DNA of 64,000 nucleotides from the human T2T-CHM13v2.0 reference genome, Homo sapiens (GCF_009914755.1 NC_060933.1), one strand, 5' to 3'; counted from the first letter of the stretch, positions 10,277-23,382 are shown. Notes: generated by a model from the sequence alone, not told the origin. Translations and numbers: made by a program.

Positions 10277-10609
<333 letters not shown>

Positions 10610-10784
10610 GCTATTTATATTTTTAAAAAGGAAAGAACTGCAACAAACTGCTGTAATTGTGGTTTTATAAGAGCAGTAGCGTGGATGGCTTTATTTTCTT
10701 CCATATGCTTTTGCATATTTTTCAGGTTTTCTATGATAAAGGCAGAATATTTTTATAATTAGAAAATGCAAGGATGCTCTCTTT

Positions 10785-10976
10785 TGAATCCTATTCCCAC
10801 TTCTTTATAACTGTGACCTTCATGCAAGTACTACACTTCTCTACTGCTTCAGCTTTCTCATCTGGAAATGGAGATGATGGTTCTTTTTAGGGTTTTTATA
10901 AGATAATCATGAGGTAGTCCACATGAAACACTTAGAACAGTGGATGGCATACAGCAAACCTTGATAAATGTTACCC
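10785..10976 (+). mobile_element. MIR SINE
   Basis: ctgtgacctt...tttctcatctggaaatggagatg...cacttagaacagtg...taaatgtta. Confidence 0.8.
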
Positions 10977-11867
10977 AAAGTTGTTGCATGTGGAAGAGCC
11001 CAGCGGGGGTTCAGAAACTGAAGCAGCGAGGTCAGATGGGGAGAGGATAGGCTCAAATAGCAAACCTTTGTCCCCTACGGTTTTACTCAAGACTGCTCAG
11101 GGATTCAAACCTGGCAAATTATTGGTTCCCTGTCATGCAATGCTCAGTATCTCCTTTGCTCAACACAGCTGCCAGAGAGGAAGGAAGAAAAGATCAATTT
11201 TCAACTTTATTCTCCATTGTCTTTCTACTTTCTCACCGCACCCTCCCTTTCATTTGTATTTTGTCTTAACTGCCAATTTTGGGCTTAATTGGTAGAAGGC
11301 AAAGAAGCTCAAGTAAAACAAAGCTCAGCAGAATATAAAGAGAAAAAGGACTAAAAAAATGAAGGCATGAATGGCTGTCTCAATTCTATATAATCTGAGA
11401 AGCAGGTTGACATGGCACTGAAACATATATGACCTCCTATTGAAGTGGGCTAATGTTTCATTTACTGCTCCAATTTTCTCATGGCAGAGATAATTTACCT
11501 GTGTGATGATTACATAGTGCCTCCAGTGTCTCAGGAACTTTTGCCTACTGTTGTATCTTGAATTTGGGAAATCTGTCTGCTTTCAAAGTACTGAAGATAA
11601 CTTGAGAGGCAAGGCAATCTCATTTCCCGTCCAACACAATTGCAGACTTGGGTTCAATCTATTAAAGTCAATTGGTAGATTTGCACAAGTAGTCTAATTA
11701 GAGATATTCAGATAGCAGGCACAGGTTCCGTTTGCATTCTAGGATTTTTAAAAAAATCAATGTCCATGCACAGGAAGAAAACTGAACACTTATTTTAAAG
11801 CCACAGATTACAGCAGTGCCATGTACAGAAAACCAGTAGAGGGGCTATAGGTCAATACAAAAATACT

Positions 11868-12110
11868 ACCGCATGGGGAAGAATGATTAGAAGGGACGGG
11901 CAGAGTTTTCACCTCCAGGTCACAAGTTCAAAATGCTGCCCAGCCCTGCCTGTATGATGTTTATAACCCACTGACAGTCCATGTAAAAAGGGCCGGCTCA
12001 GAGACTATCTTTTCACCAGAAATGTCGTCCTTTCAGGGAAGAGACTGAGAAACAATAGGAACCCCGCAAATGAACTCACCTATGCAGCTCCTCGAGGTGT
12101 ATTCCACCTG
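11868..12110 (+). mobile_element. Probable LF-SINE (LFSINE_Vert) relic
   Basis: Three collinear blocks match the recalled LF-SINE consensus, including tttcacctccaggtcac followed by a B-box-like gttcaaaat; see findings. Confidence 0.6.
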
Positions 12111-14119
12111 GCACAGCCATGTCAATTGCCCATTGACTAAAGCCCATTTCCGGCGTTCTCGACCCAGGCTCTGTGGCTGTGGGCCCTGGGAAGTTGAGGC
12201 TTCCAGGGGGACACTCAGTTAACATCTCTTACCTTACATCCTGACTTTCAGCCACAGAGTCAGAAAGAAGGAAGGCAAAACATAAAAGTACTTCCAAATG
12301 TCCAAATAAATCTCCTTCCTCCAGGTTCCTGGGGCTCAAGTTCTTCTGAGATACTGAATCAAACTAGCAACTAAAAACTGTAGATGAAAGATTCTCTAAA
12401 ATTTAGCCTTTGTTTAAACAGAAAACGAGTATTCATTAAACCATAACCATGTGACACCACTCTATGAATTGCTTTCCTAGACTTCCTTCATTTCACAAAC
12501 ATTTAATGGAGAGTTGCTAAGCCAAAAAGCAAATTAAAAAAAAATTAGGATATATGGATGAGGGAATATATTCCCTGTTGCAAGAGAGTCTGCAGGAGTC
12601 TTCAATTCTTAAGCCTGTGAGGCAATTTTTACCTCGCATTCCCAAAAGTATTTTAGGCAACTGAGAGTTAGTTGGCATCATCATCACACTGTTATCATAA
12701 TCATTCCCATTGCATAGAGTTGAGAACTGAGGCTAAAAGAATTGGAGTAATTGCCCAAGATCACACATCTACAAAGTAGCACAGCCCATAAGGCAACATA
12801 GACTATCCAGTCACTGGTTTCTGCTTACAACATGCCACCTTTTATTATAATTCAGAAATTCTTTCTCCCTAGTCCAGGTTTACCCAAAAGCTTGGCAAGA
12901 TCAAAAGGAGACAACAGAATACTTGATACTATTCTAAAATCTCAAGGAAAAGAAAAAATAAATTTTCTTTGAGTATGACAACACAAACCTTTGGAATTAG
13001 TCAGTGCTACCTCTAGGGGCTGCAAGTCCTCCTGCCCTAAGAGTTTTCATGTTGGATTAAAAATAATTAGTAGCATTCCACACTGTGCAAAGCAGAATCA
13101 GAACACTGCAATCCTCACCATGTGGGTGGCCAAGAAGAAATATCCTTCCCTTTCAGAGAAAGTCCAAGGTAGAGAAGCTGTATGGCAGGGTGGAGAGGGA
13201 ACAGCATCTGTATGAAACCCACCTGAGTGTGAATCCTCAATCTACACCTGGTAATTCTATAACTCGGGGCATATTAATGTTAGTGTCCACATCTGTAGAA
13301 AAGTGGTGATAAATCCCATTTTGCAGGATTGTTGACAAGATGCTTGTAAAGCACCGAGAAGCATCCTAGGACATGGTAAGAACTCAATAATTGGATGCTA
13401 TTATTTTTGTTCCTGGTCCTCCTAAGCCCCTGGAAATTGATATGCAGTGGAAGCAGTTTCATGGCACGTTCCATGGAATTCTCTATTCTGACTGCCTGAG
13501 AACAGCATGCTGATCTCCTCTTGAGGTACACACACCCTCTTGCATCTGAGCAGTCACTCACTATACATCTCTAGGGCCACCCATAAAAGCTAAAAAAAAC
13601 CCTCAGAAGTCACCAAGAAGTTGTGCTTTATAGAGTGCAATTCTCTGACCCAAATCAGTCTTTGCCTTTGAATCAGTTTATGCTACTAGTTATTTAGTAG
13701 ATTGATTGCTGCTATGGCAACTGCACATCCCTCTGCACAGACACAGGCATAAGTCCTTGATACAATCCTGGCTTAGTTTCTCTGGCTGCATTCAGTACAT
13801 GCCAAAAATTACATAATATTGGGAAAATTAATTTCTTTCTGCACTGTAGGCACTGGGGCTGCATTGTGGTGCAAAGAACAAATGAAGCCTGGTGTATAAA
13901 GCGAGGGCTGTGCTTCTCGTCCACCAGCTTGGAAGGAGAGAGAACTGAAGAGTCCCCAGCTGCTTTTTGGCCACACTGCTCACCTTCGGTTTCCACGGTT
14001 TCTGCCAAATATCAAGGCAGGATGTGCCCAGAGACTGCAAACGCCACTTGGCAGTGATTAGGAGTCTTTCAGGAAAGCTTTCCACTAAGGTAGGAAAGTA
14101 CAGGTTTTTCTTACATTAG

Positions 14120-14290
14120 AAAGAGTTGGGTAAGGATTCTGAGCCTACCACTTCCTTAGCTGCATGATCTTGGGCAAATCCCTTAAACTCTGAAACCTCA
14201 GTTTTCCCATCTACAACATGGAGAACTAAGAATAGCATCTGCTCCCCTTGGTTGTTATGAAGATAATATGACACAACAACCCTGGCATGT
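14120..14290 (+). mobile_element. MIR SINE
   Basis: tagctgcatgatcttgggcaaatcccttaaactctgaaacctcagttttcccatct. Confidence 0.8.
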
Positions 14291-15354
14291 AGACAGACTC
14301 TGATAACTGGCAGGTCCATCTTTCTTTATCTTCCCTTTAAAAAAAATTTTTTTTTTGGTTCTTTTCTTCTGATTAGTAAGAGATATTATTAGGCTCATTG
14401 ATTAAGGAGCTGGTTCTATGCTGTCCTTAAATATTTCTAATTTACAGGCTTGAACTTCAATCAAATTCTGCTAAGTGTGTCAAGTTTGCTGTAGAATATA
14501 GATCAGTGTTTTTGGCTGGTTTCAGCCCAAGAAGACAGGCTAGATCCCATAAGTGAGTTTTGCTCTGTTCGATTCTGTCACCTCAGCCCTCCCCCCTTTT
14601 CCCCCAGCTTCAACTTCCTTAAAATGGCAGTTATTTATTATGAAGGAGGATGGAAAACTAGTGTGTAAGTAAAAAAACTGCACCCACTTCTCGAAGAGTC
14701 CCTCACCTCTCATATTCTGAGAGAGGCTAAGCACTGTGATCATTGTTTGCTGAGGAAGCCATGTTATTAGCAGCCATGCTATTTCTGTATCTGGAGACGC
14801 CAGGAACACTTACAGAAATGCTTCTAAACCATATGTTGTTTTTATATTTTAACTACTCTTTATGTCTATATAATTTGCATAAATACAAAAATAAATAGCT
14901 GTCCTGCATTTCTCTGAAGATTGTAAACTCCAAAGAAAGAGGGAAAAATTTTCCCATGTATCAGCCTTAATGGCAGAGGACTTGGTATTCAGTGAAAGTC
15001 AGCAAGACCAAACTGACTTTCTGGGATTTCATAGTTAATCATTTATGACGCAGATAGTCTCCTTGTATGTACTTTCTACCATCAAGGTTGAGAAAGCATG
15101 GCATGATCAGACATAAGACCAGAAATATCATTACACCATAAACCAATACCAATTTCATCAAGTTATTCTGAAGATCACAGGATTCAAGGTCAGTTACCTG
15201 GGATAAAACAATTTATATGAAGAAATGCTTTGGCCACAAATTATAACAAACGAGAACATGGCTCTAAAACCAGAGAGGCCTGGGTTCTGGATTTAACCCT
15301 GTCTAATTCTCAATCTCATCTTCTTTAAAAGTAATATTTAGTTACTTGCAGGGT

Positions 15355-15600
15355 TGTACAAAGTGATGGTTAGGAGTGCAAACTGTGCAGTTAAGAATGT
15401 CTAGGTTGGATTCATGGCCTGTCCACTTAGTGTTCAGTGAACCTGATCAAACGACTTTACCTCTGGAAGCCTGTTTCTTCCTCTGAAGAAGAGAGGTAGT
15501 CATGGCCCTATTGCATGGGTTGTTGTGAAGATGAACTCCTATTATCTACGTAAAGTGCTTAGCACAGGGACTGGCATGTAAGCGCTCAACAAATGTAGCC
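15355..15600 (+). mobile_element. MIR SINE, near full length
   Basis: ggttaggagtgc...gggttgttgtgaagatga...gtaaagtgcttagcacag...gcgctcaacaaatgtagc. Confidence 0.85.
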
Positions 15601-16599
15601 AGTGGCGGTTGTAGAGTAGTAGCAAATGAAATGATGGGTATAAAAAACCTGGCTTTTAGTAGATTTTTTAGAAAATGGAAACGTGTGCTGTCAAGAAAAT
15701 TCCAGACCATTGCAAATTTCTTTGGAATCAAAAAGTTGGACAGGGACTGACTATGATGAGAAAGGAATCCTCTTATAAATCGGTCCTCCATTGAAGTGGC
15801 TTCAGTGCTAGCAGAACAGTAAGGGGGTAGTGAAGTCTGGCCTGTATGCAGCCTCCCTAGTTCTGAAGCGATGCCTGCTGGAACACATAGGCCAGGGGCT
15901 TATTGCACTCTACAGGCCCAGGAGTGGGTGATTACTAGCTACTGCCAAGGATGATGGGGAGAGGAAACACAAAAGCAAAATTTTAAGTGAATCGGCATAA
16001 CGGGGCAGTGCCAGGAAAAAAAAAAGAAAACATCAACGAAAGGCCGGCCAACCACCCTCTGAGAGCAACGGGGTGGTTTCCTTTGAACACAGGGCCATCT
16101 CTGAGGCCAATAAGGGAGCTCCACAAGAGTTACAGCAATAAAGAGAATAATGATTTTTTTATAGACACCTAGCCTAGATCGGATTGCTGGTCATGCTTTT
16201 TCTGTTTTGTTGCTTCAAAGATACACCCACACACCTTTGGCAGTGTTATCCTCAAACGACAAGATGTTACTTCTAAGTTGCAAGACCTCAGGCGCTATTT
16301 GTCCTCACCCACACCCAACTGTCTGCCATCTTCAGCACCAAACATATCCCTGAGGACAAAAATGGCCCTTCAGTTCCTGAGTCGTTTAAACTGAAAAACC
16401 AGTTAAAGTGCCATTCCCAAAATAAAACAGAAACATGGCCACTGGCATGAAATATTTACAGCTGTGAGACAAGGGGGAAAAAAAGCCTCACTTGACCTGG
16501 TAGTCAGGGGAATGATGTAGCTACACAGGCCTGTAGAGAAGCACTTTGGCCTAAAATCGTTTTCTCTTTTGGGATTCCTACTGGCACCTGTCACTGAAG

Positions 16600-17195
16600 C
16601 TAAAGACCCAAAAGTCATCTCCAATTGGTCCATTCTCTTACCCCTATATTTAATCTCAAATGTAGCTCCATCTGTTCTAAGTCTAACATTTCCTAAATTG
16701 GTGCTCTCCTTGCCCACTGGACATCCCTCTACAGTTCAGGCTCTCAAATCTCTGCTGACCAAAGCAGCCACATCACTCACTTTCTTCTATCCCATATCTC
16801 CCCCTTTCCCATTGCTCTTCATACTGCAACAGCATGACTTCAAAGGCCCTTCAAGATCAAGCTCCTACCTACATTTCCAGAGTTGTCCATTATCTATCCA
16901 GTCCCATTTCTTCACAGCCCAGCAACCCTCGTCCATCCTGAAACACGTTCTATGTGTGTGTACCTTCACACTGTGGTGCACGCTTTTCCCTCTCTGCATG
17001 GAGTTTTCTCAGCCCTCACAAACCTGCCTACCCATCCTTCAACATTCAGCTCAAATGCTTTGTCTTCTTCTCATTCCTTAATTTCCTCAAGTTAGGTTTA
17101 GGGGCTCTCTACACTGTGCTGGCTTTGCCCTTTTATATGCTTTTATTATAGCACATTTCATACTGTATGGCCATCATTTAAATATCTCTATGTCT
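16600..17195 (+). mobile_element. Degraded L2
   Basis: Pyrimidine-rich L2-like blocks, e.g. cctacccatccttcaacattcagctcaaatg, ttattatagcacatttcatactgtat. Confidence 0.55.
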
Positions 17196-17200
17196 ACTCC

Positions 17201-18088
17201 TGTGTTTATGATGGTCAGTCAGGTGTGCTTACAAGAGGAAACACGGAAGAGGCTCAGGGAAACAAAGTTTATTATACTCACTGGTCCTAGAAACAAAAGG
17301 CATGCTGATATTGTTTGGCGGTGTCCCCATCCAAATCTCATCTTGAATTGTAGCTCCCGTAATTCCCACATGTTTTGGGAGGAACCAGGTGGGAGATAAC
17401 TGAATCATGGGGGTGGTTTCCCCATATTGTTCTCCTAGTAGTGAATACATCTCACAAGACCTGATGGTTTTAAAAGGGGTTTCCCCCTTTGCTTGGCTTT
17501 CATTCTCTCTTGCCTGTCACCATGTATGATGTCCCTTACTCTTCTGCCCTGATTGGAGGCCTCCCCAGCCATGTGGAACTATGAGTCAATTAAACCTCTT
17601 TCCTTTATAAATTAGCCAGTCTCAAGTATGTCTTTATTAGCAGTGTGAGAACAGACTAATACACATACCTATGTAGGGTCACAGGGGAAGCACCAGGTTT
17701 TGGTCAGGAGACAAAATATAATAGCCAGGGGAAAGTCTAGACCAGAGCCTTTGTTGGGGGTTTCCTCAGGAAAGGCAAGGCGGGGTATAGTAAACAGATT
17801 AGGACTGACTAAATTGAGTAATTCTGGTGGCCTTTGGGCTCTAGGGATGGTCTGTAGTTGCCTGGTACCTGGCCAGGGATGCTTACAGTGAAGGAATATT
17901 GCTTCCTGTGGTGTATGGGCTAGACAGAAGAGGTACGGCTCTTGATTGGTTAGTTTGCATATCAAAGGCAATGCTCCTGGCTGAGTCCTGGGCTGTCTCT
18001 AAGAATTAACAGTCTCTCCCCAGTAAGAAAGATTTTTAAGATGTAAAAACATTATAATACATAGAAAAGGAACAATGTAAATGATACA
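17201..18088 (-). mobile_element. ERVL-type solo LTR (MER68/MER76/MER77 group), split by THE1
   Basis: TG...CA ends with perfect 5-bp TSD actcc (17196-17200, 18089-18093); ttgattggttagtttgcatatcaaaggc and gttgcctggtacctggcc blocks. Confidence 0.7.
17306..17663 (+). mobile_element. THE1 (B/C-like) solo LTR
   Basis: tgatattgtttggc...gagaacagactaataca; TSD catgc/catac. Confidence 0.92.
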
Positions 18089-18294
18089 ACTCCCAGCCTC
18101 AAACTAAAATCTGAGTTCCTCCCTCCTATGTTCTAGGCCCTGTTGAAAGCAGGGCTGATATTCTGCTGACATGCTGATATGTACAAGTTTACTGCTTTTC
18201 TACACTTGCTTCTTCCTGATTTACTAATCATACTGGTTAGTAAATATTTTTATCATCATCCCAATTGTGTTTTGAATCTAACTGCTTTATTAAC

Positions 18295-18490
18295 TATCAT
18301 CACAGCTTTGTGAAGGATGTATTATTATCAACATTCTACATTATCTGTAGAATGTAGGCTCAGAAAATGAGGCTCAGAAAAGTTAAATAACCCAACCAAA
18401 TCACAGTTAGTAAACAGCAGAGCCAGAATGGGGAGCCACATCTGCTTATACTAGAGGCTCTTTCCTCTCCATGATACTGCCTCTCTGCAC
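18295..18490 (-). mobile_element. MIR SINE
   Basis: gaaaatgaggctcagaaaagttaaataacc...gcagagccagaat. Confidence 0.7.
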
Positions 18491-18709
18491 TTTGTTTTTC
18501 CTTCTAGACGCAGGCATCCAGCACGGTGCCTGGCATCTAGTAGTCATTCATTAAGTGATTGCCTAATGGATTAAGGCATAAATAGCAGTGATATAAAATA
18601 TTTTAAACTGTTCCCATAGCTAATTTACTCTATGGAACAAAAAGGCTGGAGGTTTGTAACCTTGTTTTAAATGAAAAACAACACCTCACAATAAGAATTG
18701 CTTACTTTA

Positions 18710-19365
18710 TCCAGGTCTGTAATCCCAGCACTTTGGGAGGCTGAGATTGGAGGATTGCTTGAGCCCAGGAGTTTGAGGCCATCCTGGGCAACATGGCAAG
18801 AACCTATCTCTACAAAATATAAACAAATTAGCCCGGTGTGGTGGTACAAACCTGTGGTCCCAGTTACTGTGGAGGCTGAGGTGGAAGGATCCCTTGAGCC
18901 CAGGAGGTCAAGGCTGCAGCAAGCCATGATCATGCCATTGCACTCCAGTCTGGGCAACAGAGCGAGACCCTGTACCACATTGCTATAAAGAACCATCTGG
19001 GACTGGGTAATTTGTAAAGAAAAGAAGTTTAACTGACTCACTGTTCCACAGGGTGTACAAGAAGCATGGCTGGGAAGGCCTCAGAAAACTTACAATCATG
19101 GCGGGAAGCAAAGAGGAAGCAGGCACGTCTTACACGGCCGGAGCAGGAGAAAGAGAATGAAGGGGGAGGTGCTACAAATTTTTAAACAGCCAGCTCTGTG
19201 AGAACTCACTCACAGTAAGGAGAATGGCAAGGGGGAAGTCTGCCCCCATGATCCAATCACCTCCCATCAGGCCCCTCCTCCATCACTGGGGATTATAATT
19301 CACACATGAGATTTGGATGGGGACACAAATCCAAACCATAGCACCCTAACAACAACAACAAAAAC
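18710..19365 (+). mobile_element. AluJ (Jo-like), tail separated by an MST insertion
   Basis: J diagnostics ggattgcttgagcccaggag and aggtcaaggctgcag; (CAA)n tail at 19348-19365; TSD agaattgctta at 18694-18704 and 19366-19376. Confidence 0.9.
18973..19343 (-). mobile_element. MSTA-like MaLR solo LTR
   Basis: cacattgctataaagaa...ctgggtaattt...cccccatgatccaatcacctccc...ccaaaccatagca. Confidence 0.88.
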
Positions 19366-19404
19366 AGAATTGCTTATTTCATCAAAATGCAATAGGTTCA
19401 TTTC

Positions 19405-19513
19405 AATAGCTACCATTTATTGAGTGACTGCCATGTAACATAACATAAACTATGCTAAGAGCTTTGTGTTCATTAGCTTATTTCATCTTCTCACCAACCC
19501 TGCAAAATTGAAA

Positions 19514-19580
<67 letters not shown>

Positions 19581-19710
19581 GGCATTTCAGATGAGGAACC
19601 AGAGGCTCAGAAAAGATATGTAATGCTAATGGTTCAGAGCTGGTAAACAACAGAGCAGAGATCGAAGTTATGACACAATCTCCAAAATGCCTGCCCTTTC
19701 CACTACCCCA
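19405..19710 (-). mobile_element. MIR SINE containing a (TA)n expansion
   Basis: atagctaccatttattgag...cagatgaggaaccagaggctcaga. Confidence 0.8.
19516..19580. repeat. (TA)25 followed by T15
   Basis: Direct reading. Confidence 0.97.
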
Positions 19711-21015
19711 CGTAACCATTTTATTTCCATGTCCTTGTACAATTTGCAGGAATGAGTGTATAGGGCAGGAATTGGGACTCCATACTACTTGGAAGTTTCT
19801 GAGACAAAAAGGTCCTATATTACCATTAAGTAGCCTTGTCAGTAAGGGCTTATTGTAGCTTCCATCTTCTGGGCCCAGTGGGAGACATGGTCATGGGCTC
19901 AGGACCCATCTCCTGCTGGAATCTTATTAGTGCTTCCTCTGCACAAATAAGAACTGGTGTATTGTGTTAAATGGACTGACACAAACAACCATGCTTTGTC
20001 CAGAAATAGAAAATGCTATTTTCTTTAGCAAAATAGAACATAGGAAGTGGTGGGGGTTGAAATGTCATGCACAGAACAAAGGTTTGGCAGAGGAGAAAGG
20101 TTAAAATCAATCACTCTACAGGAGAAAAAAAAAAAGGTCTGCAGTATTCTATAGTAATTATCCACCCAAAGTCACACTATAGAATTGGGAGCCACTGCTA
20201 CTCAAAAATTCTTTTAAAAAGGAAAGAAAGAAAATTTCCAACCCCATAATGTTAAGGTTTTACTTTTCACAAATCATTTGGAAAAGATGATAGATATACA
20301 ACTAAAAATAAATAAAAGAATGCCATTTTAACATTCTCACCTCTAGTGGTAGGAAGTAACCTTTTCATTTAAGAATGAGGCAGGGAGAAACCAAAATTGC
20401 TCTCTCAAAAGAAAGTACCACCAGTATGTTACTACTCTGACTTGTATGCTAGAGGAAATTAGAATTTAAGTTGAAAATGAAGGCTTATTCACTATTCATA
20501 TCTTCTGGCTAATCATCTTCTCTTCAAGAGTAATGTCCACTAACATTGCTATAGTTTCACAAACCTCAACGTGGCACAACTTTCTGGGATTGTTATTTTT
20601 TTTTTCTTTTCTGCAAGGTTTTCCTATTACTTTCTACATAAGATTACAAATTCTTCAAGGTCCGACCTCTGATGTTTGTTGTCCTCATCCCCATTGTTTT
20701 TTAATCCCATGATATTTCTCATTCAGACCAAGAGGAAGTTGCTAAGAAGAATCATAAAACAAAGACAGCAACATATTGGTTTTTAGAGTCAAATGCTGAG
20801 ATATGAAGTAAAAGAGAAAATTTTAGGCAATACAATTGATCAAGAATCCATTAAGAAAAGTACAAAGTAATTACCCTGTCTCCAAGAACAAAAACTATAT
20901 TCTGCCCATCGGATCAAGTTCGGGGAAGACCAAATGGTTCACGGAGACTATGACCTGTTTTCTGATCAGTTGAAAGCAGAACAAACAGAATAAAGGACTT
21001 ATATCACCACATGCG

Positions 21016-21033
21016 CGCACACACACACACACA
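21016..21033. repeat. (CA)n microsatellite
   Basis: Direct reading. Confidence 0.9.
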
Positions 21034-23092
21034 AAGATGAAAAAATTAGAGATCAGCCTTTCTCATATGTATCTATTTATTTAGGTAATGTAAGATGGCA
21101 AACAAGTATTCAGTCAGAAAGGTGAAATCATTAAAAAGAAAAAAAAATGTGTGCCATGCTTTAGCCTCGATTTGACCTGGAAGCAGAAGAGTAAGAGAAG
21201 GAAGTAAACTGGCTCAAGGTTCCATGAGTCGACTATGCACAGTGTGATTGATCATAGTAATTCCCCAGATCTAAAGCCTCCTCCTTTCTAGCATACTCTA
21301 GAGAGTCACTTCTTCTGTTAAATATATATTTGGATTCCTGTCACTTTCAGCTCTTGGTTCTCAATTCTTTCTTATCTTGAACAAGTCATAAGACACTTTC
21401 TGAGTATTAACCGTCCCCAGGAAACTATATCCCTTACTTAATAAGAACTATGTAAAATAAGAGATAAAGGCTATCAGGTATCCTGACTTCTTGGAAGAAT
21501 GAGTCAATAGAAATGAGTTTGGGTAGGGAGAAAAGAATTTTACCATATAAGTAAGATGAATATTAGAGAATTTGATTTGGGAGAGAAAACGCTGCAAAGA
21601 TGATGCTGATGAGAAAAGAGCATTAGCATATTGTCTTAAGTCACATACGGTATTCTCTTGGGGCCTCAATTTGTACATCTGTAAAATGGAGGGGTTCAGC
21701 TATGTGAGACTGTGTTTCTTCCTGGCTATAATATTTATGAATTAAGTCAGAGCTGAATTGTGATTCAGAATTCAAGATTTTTAGCTGTCTGCTTAAGACA
21801 TGTTAAAAAGCCATTTTCTCTTTGGAACTGCTATATGTGTCAGAAATAAATCCAGTATTCAGGAGAGAAAACATTCTGCTTCTTCCTCCACACCCCCACT
21901 CCCCCTGTCTGATTGTTGTTTAATAAAAGCCAAGATAGGGAAGGTCCAAGGCAGACTCTTAGCCTGGCCTCTCCATTCAATGGATTCAGAATTATTCTGG
22001 TTTCTGAATAAGATGATTCTCCCCTTCACCCCCAGCATTTATCACTTTGGTCAACCATTAAAAGGATGAAGCAAAAGCATTGCCCAGCAAGAAACTCCTG
22101 CAGCTGGCAGAAATGAAAAGCAAAGATCTTCCCTCACAGGTCAAATCTAACTGACACTACACAGATAAAGCTAAGCTGGGAGAGCAAAGGCAGACGTGCA
22201 AGCAGTTGAAACTAGAGAGGAAACTATTTTGAGTTCCTTTCACCAAAGATTGTAACATATTTGTGTTGTTTTTTTTTTTTTATCAGAGCCTCCTGGAGCT
22301 CTCTGACTTTTCCTTATTAATATTATTATTATTATTGAAAGATTTTTTTTCAAGCAATTCCCTGATTAGCTGGAATATTCTTGCTCTTTTTAAAATCTGC
22401 AGTCATACTATAGTGTTTCACCCGAGCCCTAGGGGCAATTTGAAACAACGTCTTTTTCTGCTTGTGGTCCAGGATTTTTAAGATCCTACCTGAATAGATC
22501 TGAAGTTTTCTGAAAAGTCTCCTGTCTCCCTGCAGCCCCTAGATGTTCTAGAGAGAAAGTGTCCTGGGATCTGCCACTCAGCACACCACTTGCTCTTGAA
22601 AGCACATAGTCCCTGCTTGGAATCCGCTTTGCTCCTCCTGGTAGTCCTGCTCAAAATGGGAACGCAAATGCCTATGTGGCCAAGTGAAGCATTCACTTGC
22701 ATACCATAGGCTTATTCTGTAGCTAGGGACATCCTGATACTCGGGTAGTTAGCATAAAGAAGAAAACTCTGCGCCCAGGTGTCAAGGTTTCACTGGAAGA
22801 GAGAGGCAAGCCTGAGGACAACAGGGAAGGAGAAGGGTTGAGGCTACAACTGGGAGGCCTGATCCTCGGAGTAGAATGTGTTTTCAATGACGGAGAATGA
22901 TTAATGACTTGGAAATATTTTGGAAAGTTGGGAGAATGACAAGCCCCCTTCCTGGCCCCATGAAATATGGAGTTTAAGGGAAGATTGGCCTTCACTGCAG
23001 AGCAATTTTTTTTTTTTTTTTAAAAAAGGGTATTCTGAGGAAGACAAAGGTTTTTTAATTTGGCTGAATGTCATTTTGATAAAAGGTCGAGG

Positions 23093-23382
23093 GGCCAGGC
23101 GTGGTGGCTCACGCCTGTAATCCCAACACTTTGGGAGGCTCAGGCAGATGAATCACGAGGTCCAGAGCTCGAGACCATCCTGGCTAACATGGTAAAATCC
23201 CGTCTCTACTAAAAATACAAAAAATTAGCTGGGGATGGTGGCACGCAACTGTAGTCCCAGCTACCCGGGAGGCTGAGGCAGGAGAATCGCTTGAACTCGG
23301 GAGGCAGAGGTTGCAGGAGGTTGCAGTGAGCCAAGATCATGCCACTGCACTCCAGCCTGGGCAACAGAGCAAGACTCCATCT
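23093..23382 (+). mobile_element. AluSc/Sc8-like, tailless
   Basis: gagaccatcctggctaac diagnostic; TSD aaaaggtYgagg at 23081-23092 and 23383-23394; internal 10-bp duplication. Confidence 0.95.

Noticed and set aside
14036-14056. CTCF-like motifs here and at about 20337, 41668 and 43471
   Set aside because: Each has a mismatch or indel in the invariant core.
16569-17081. Longest ORF (170 aa)
   Set aside because: Non-ATG start, lies in degraded pyrimidine-rich L2, S/L/P/F-biased, no recognisable domain.
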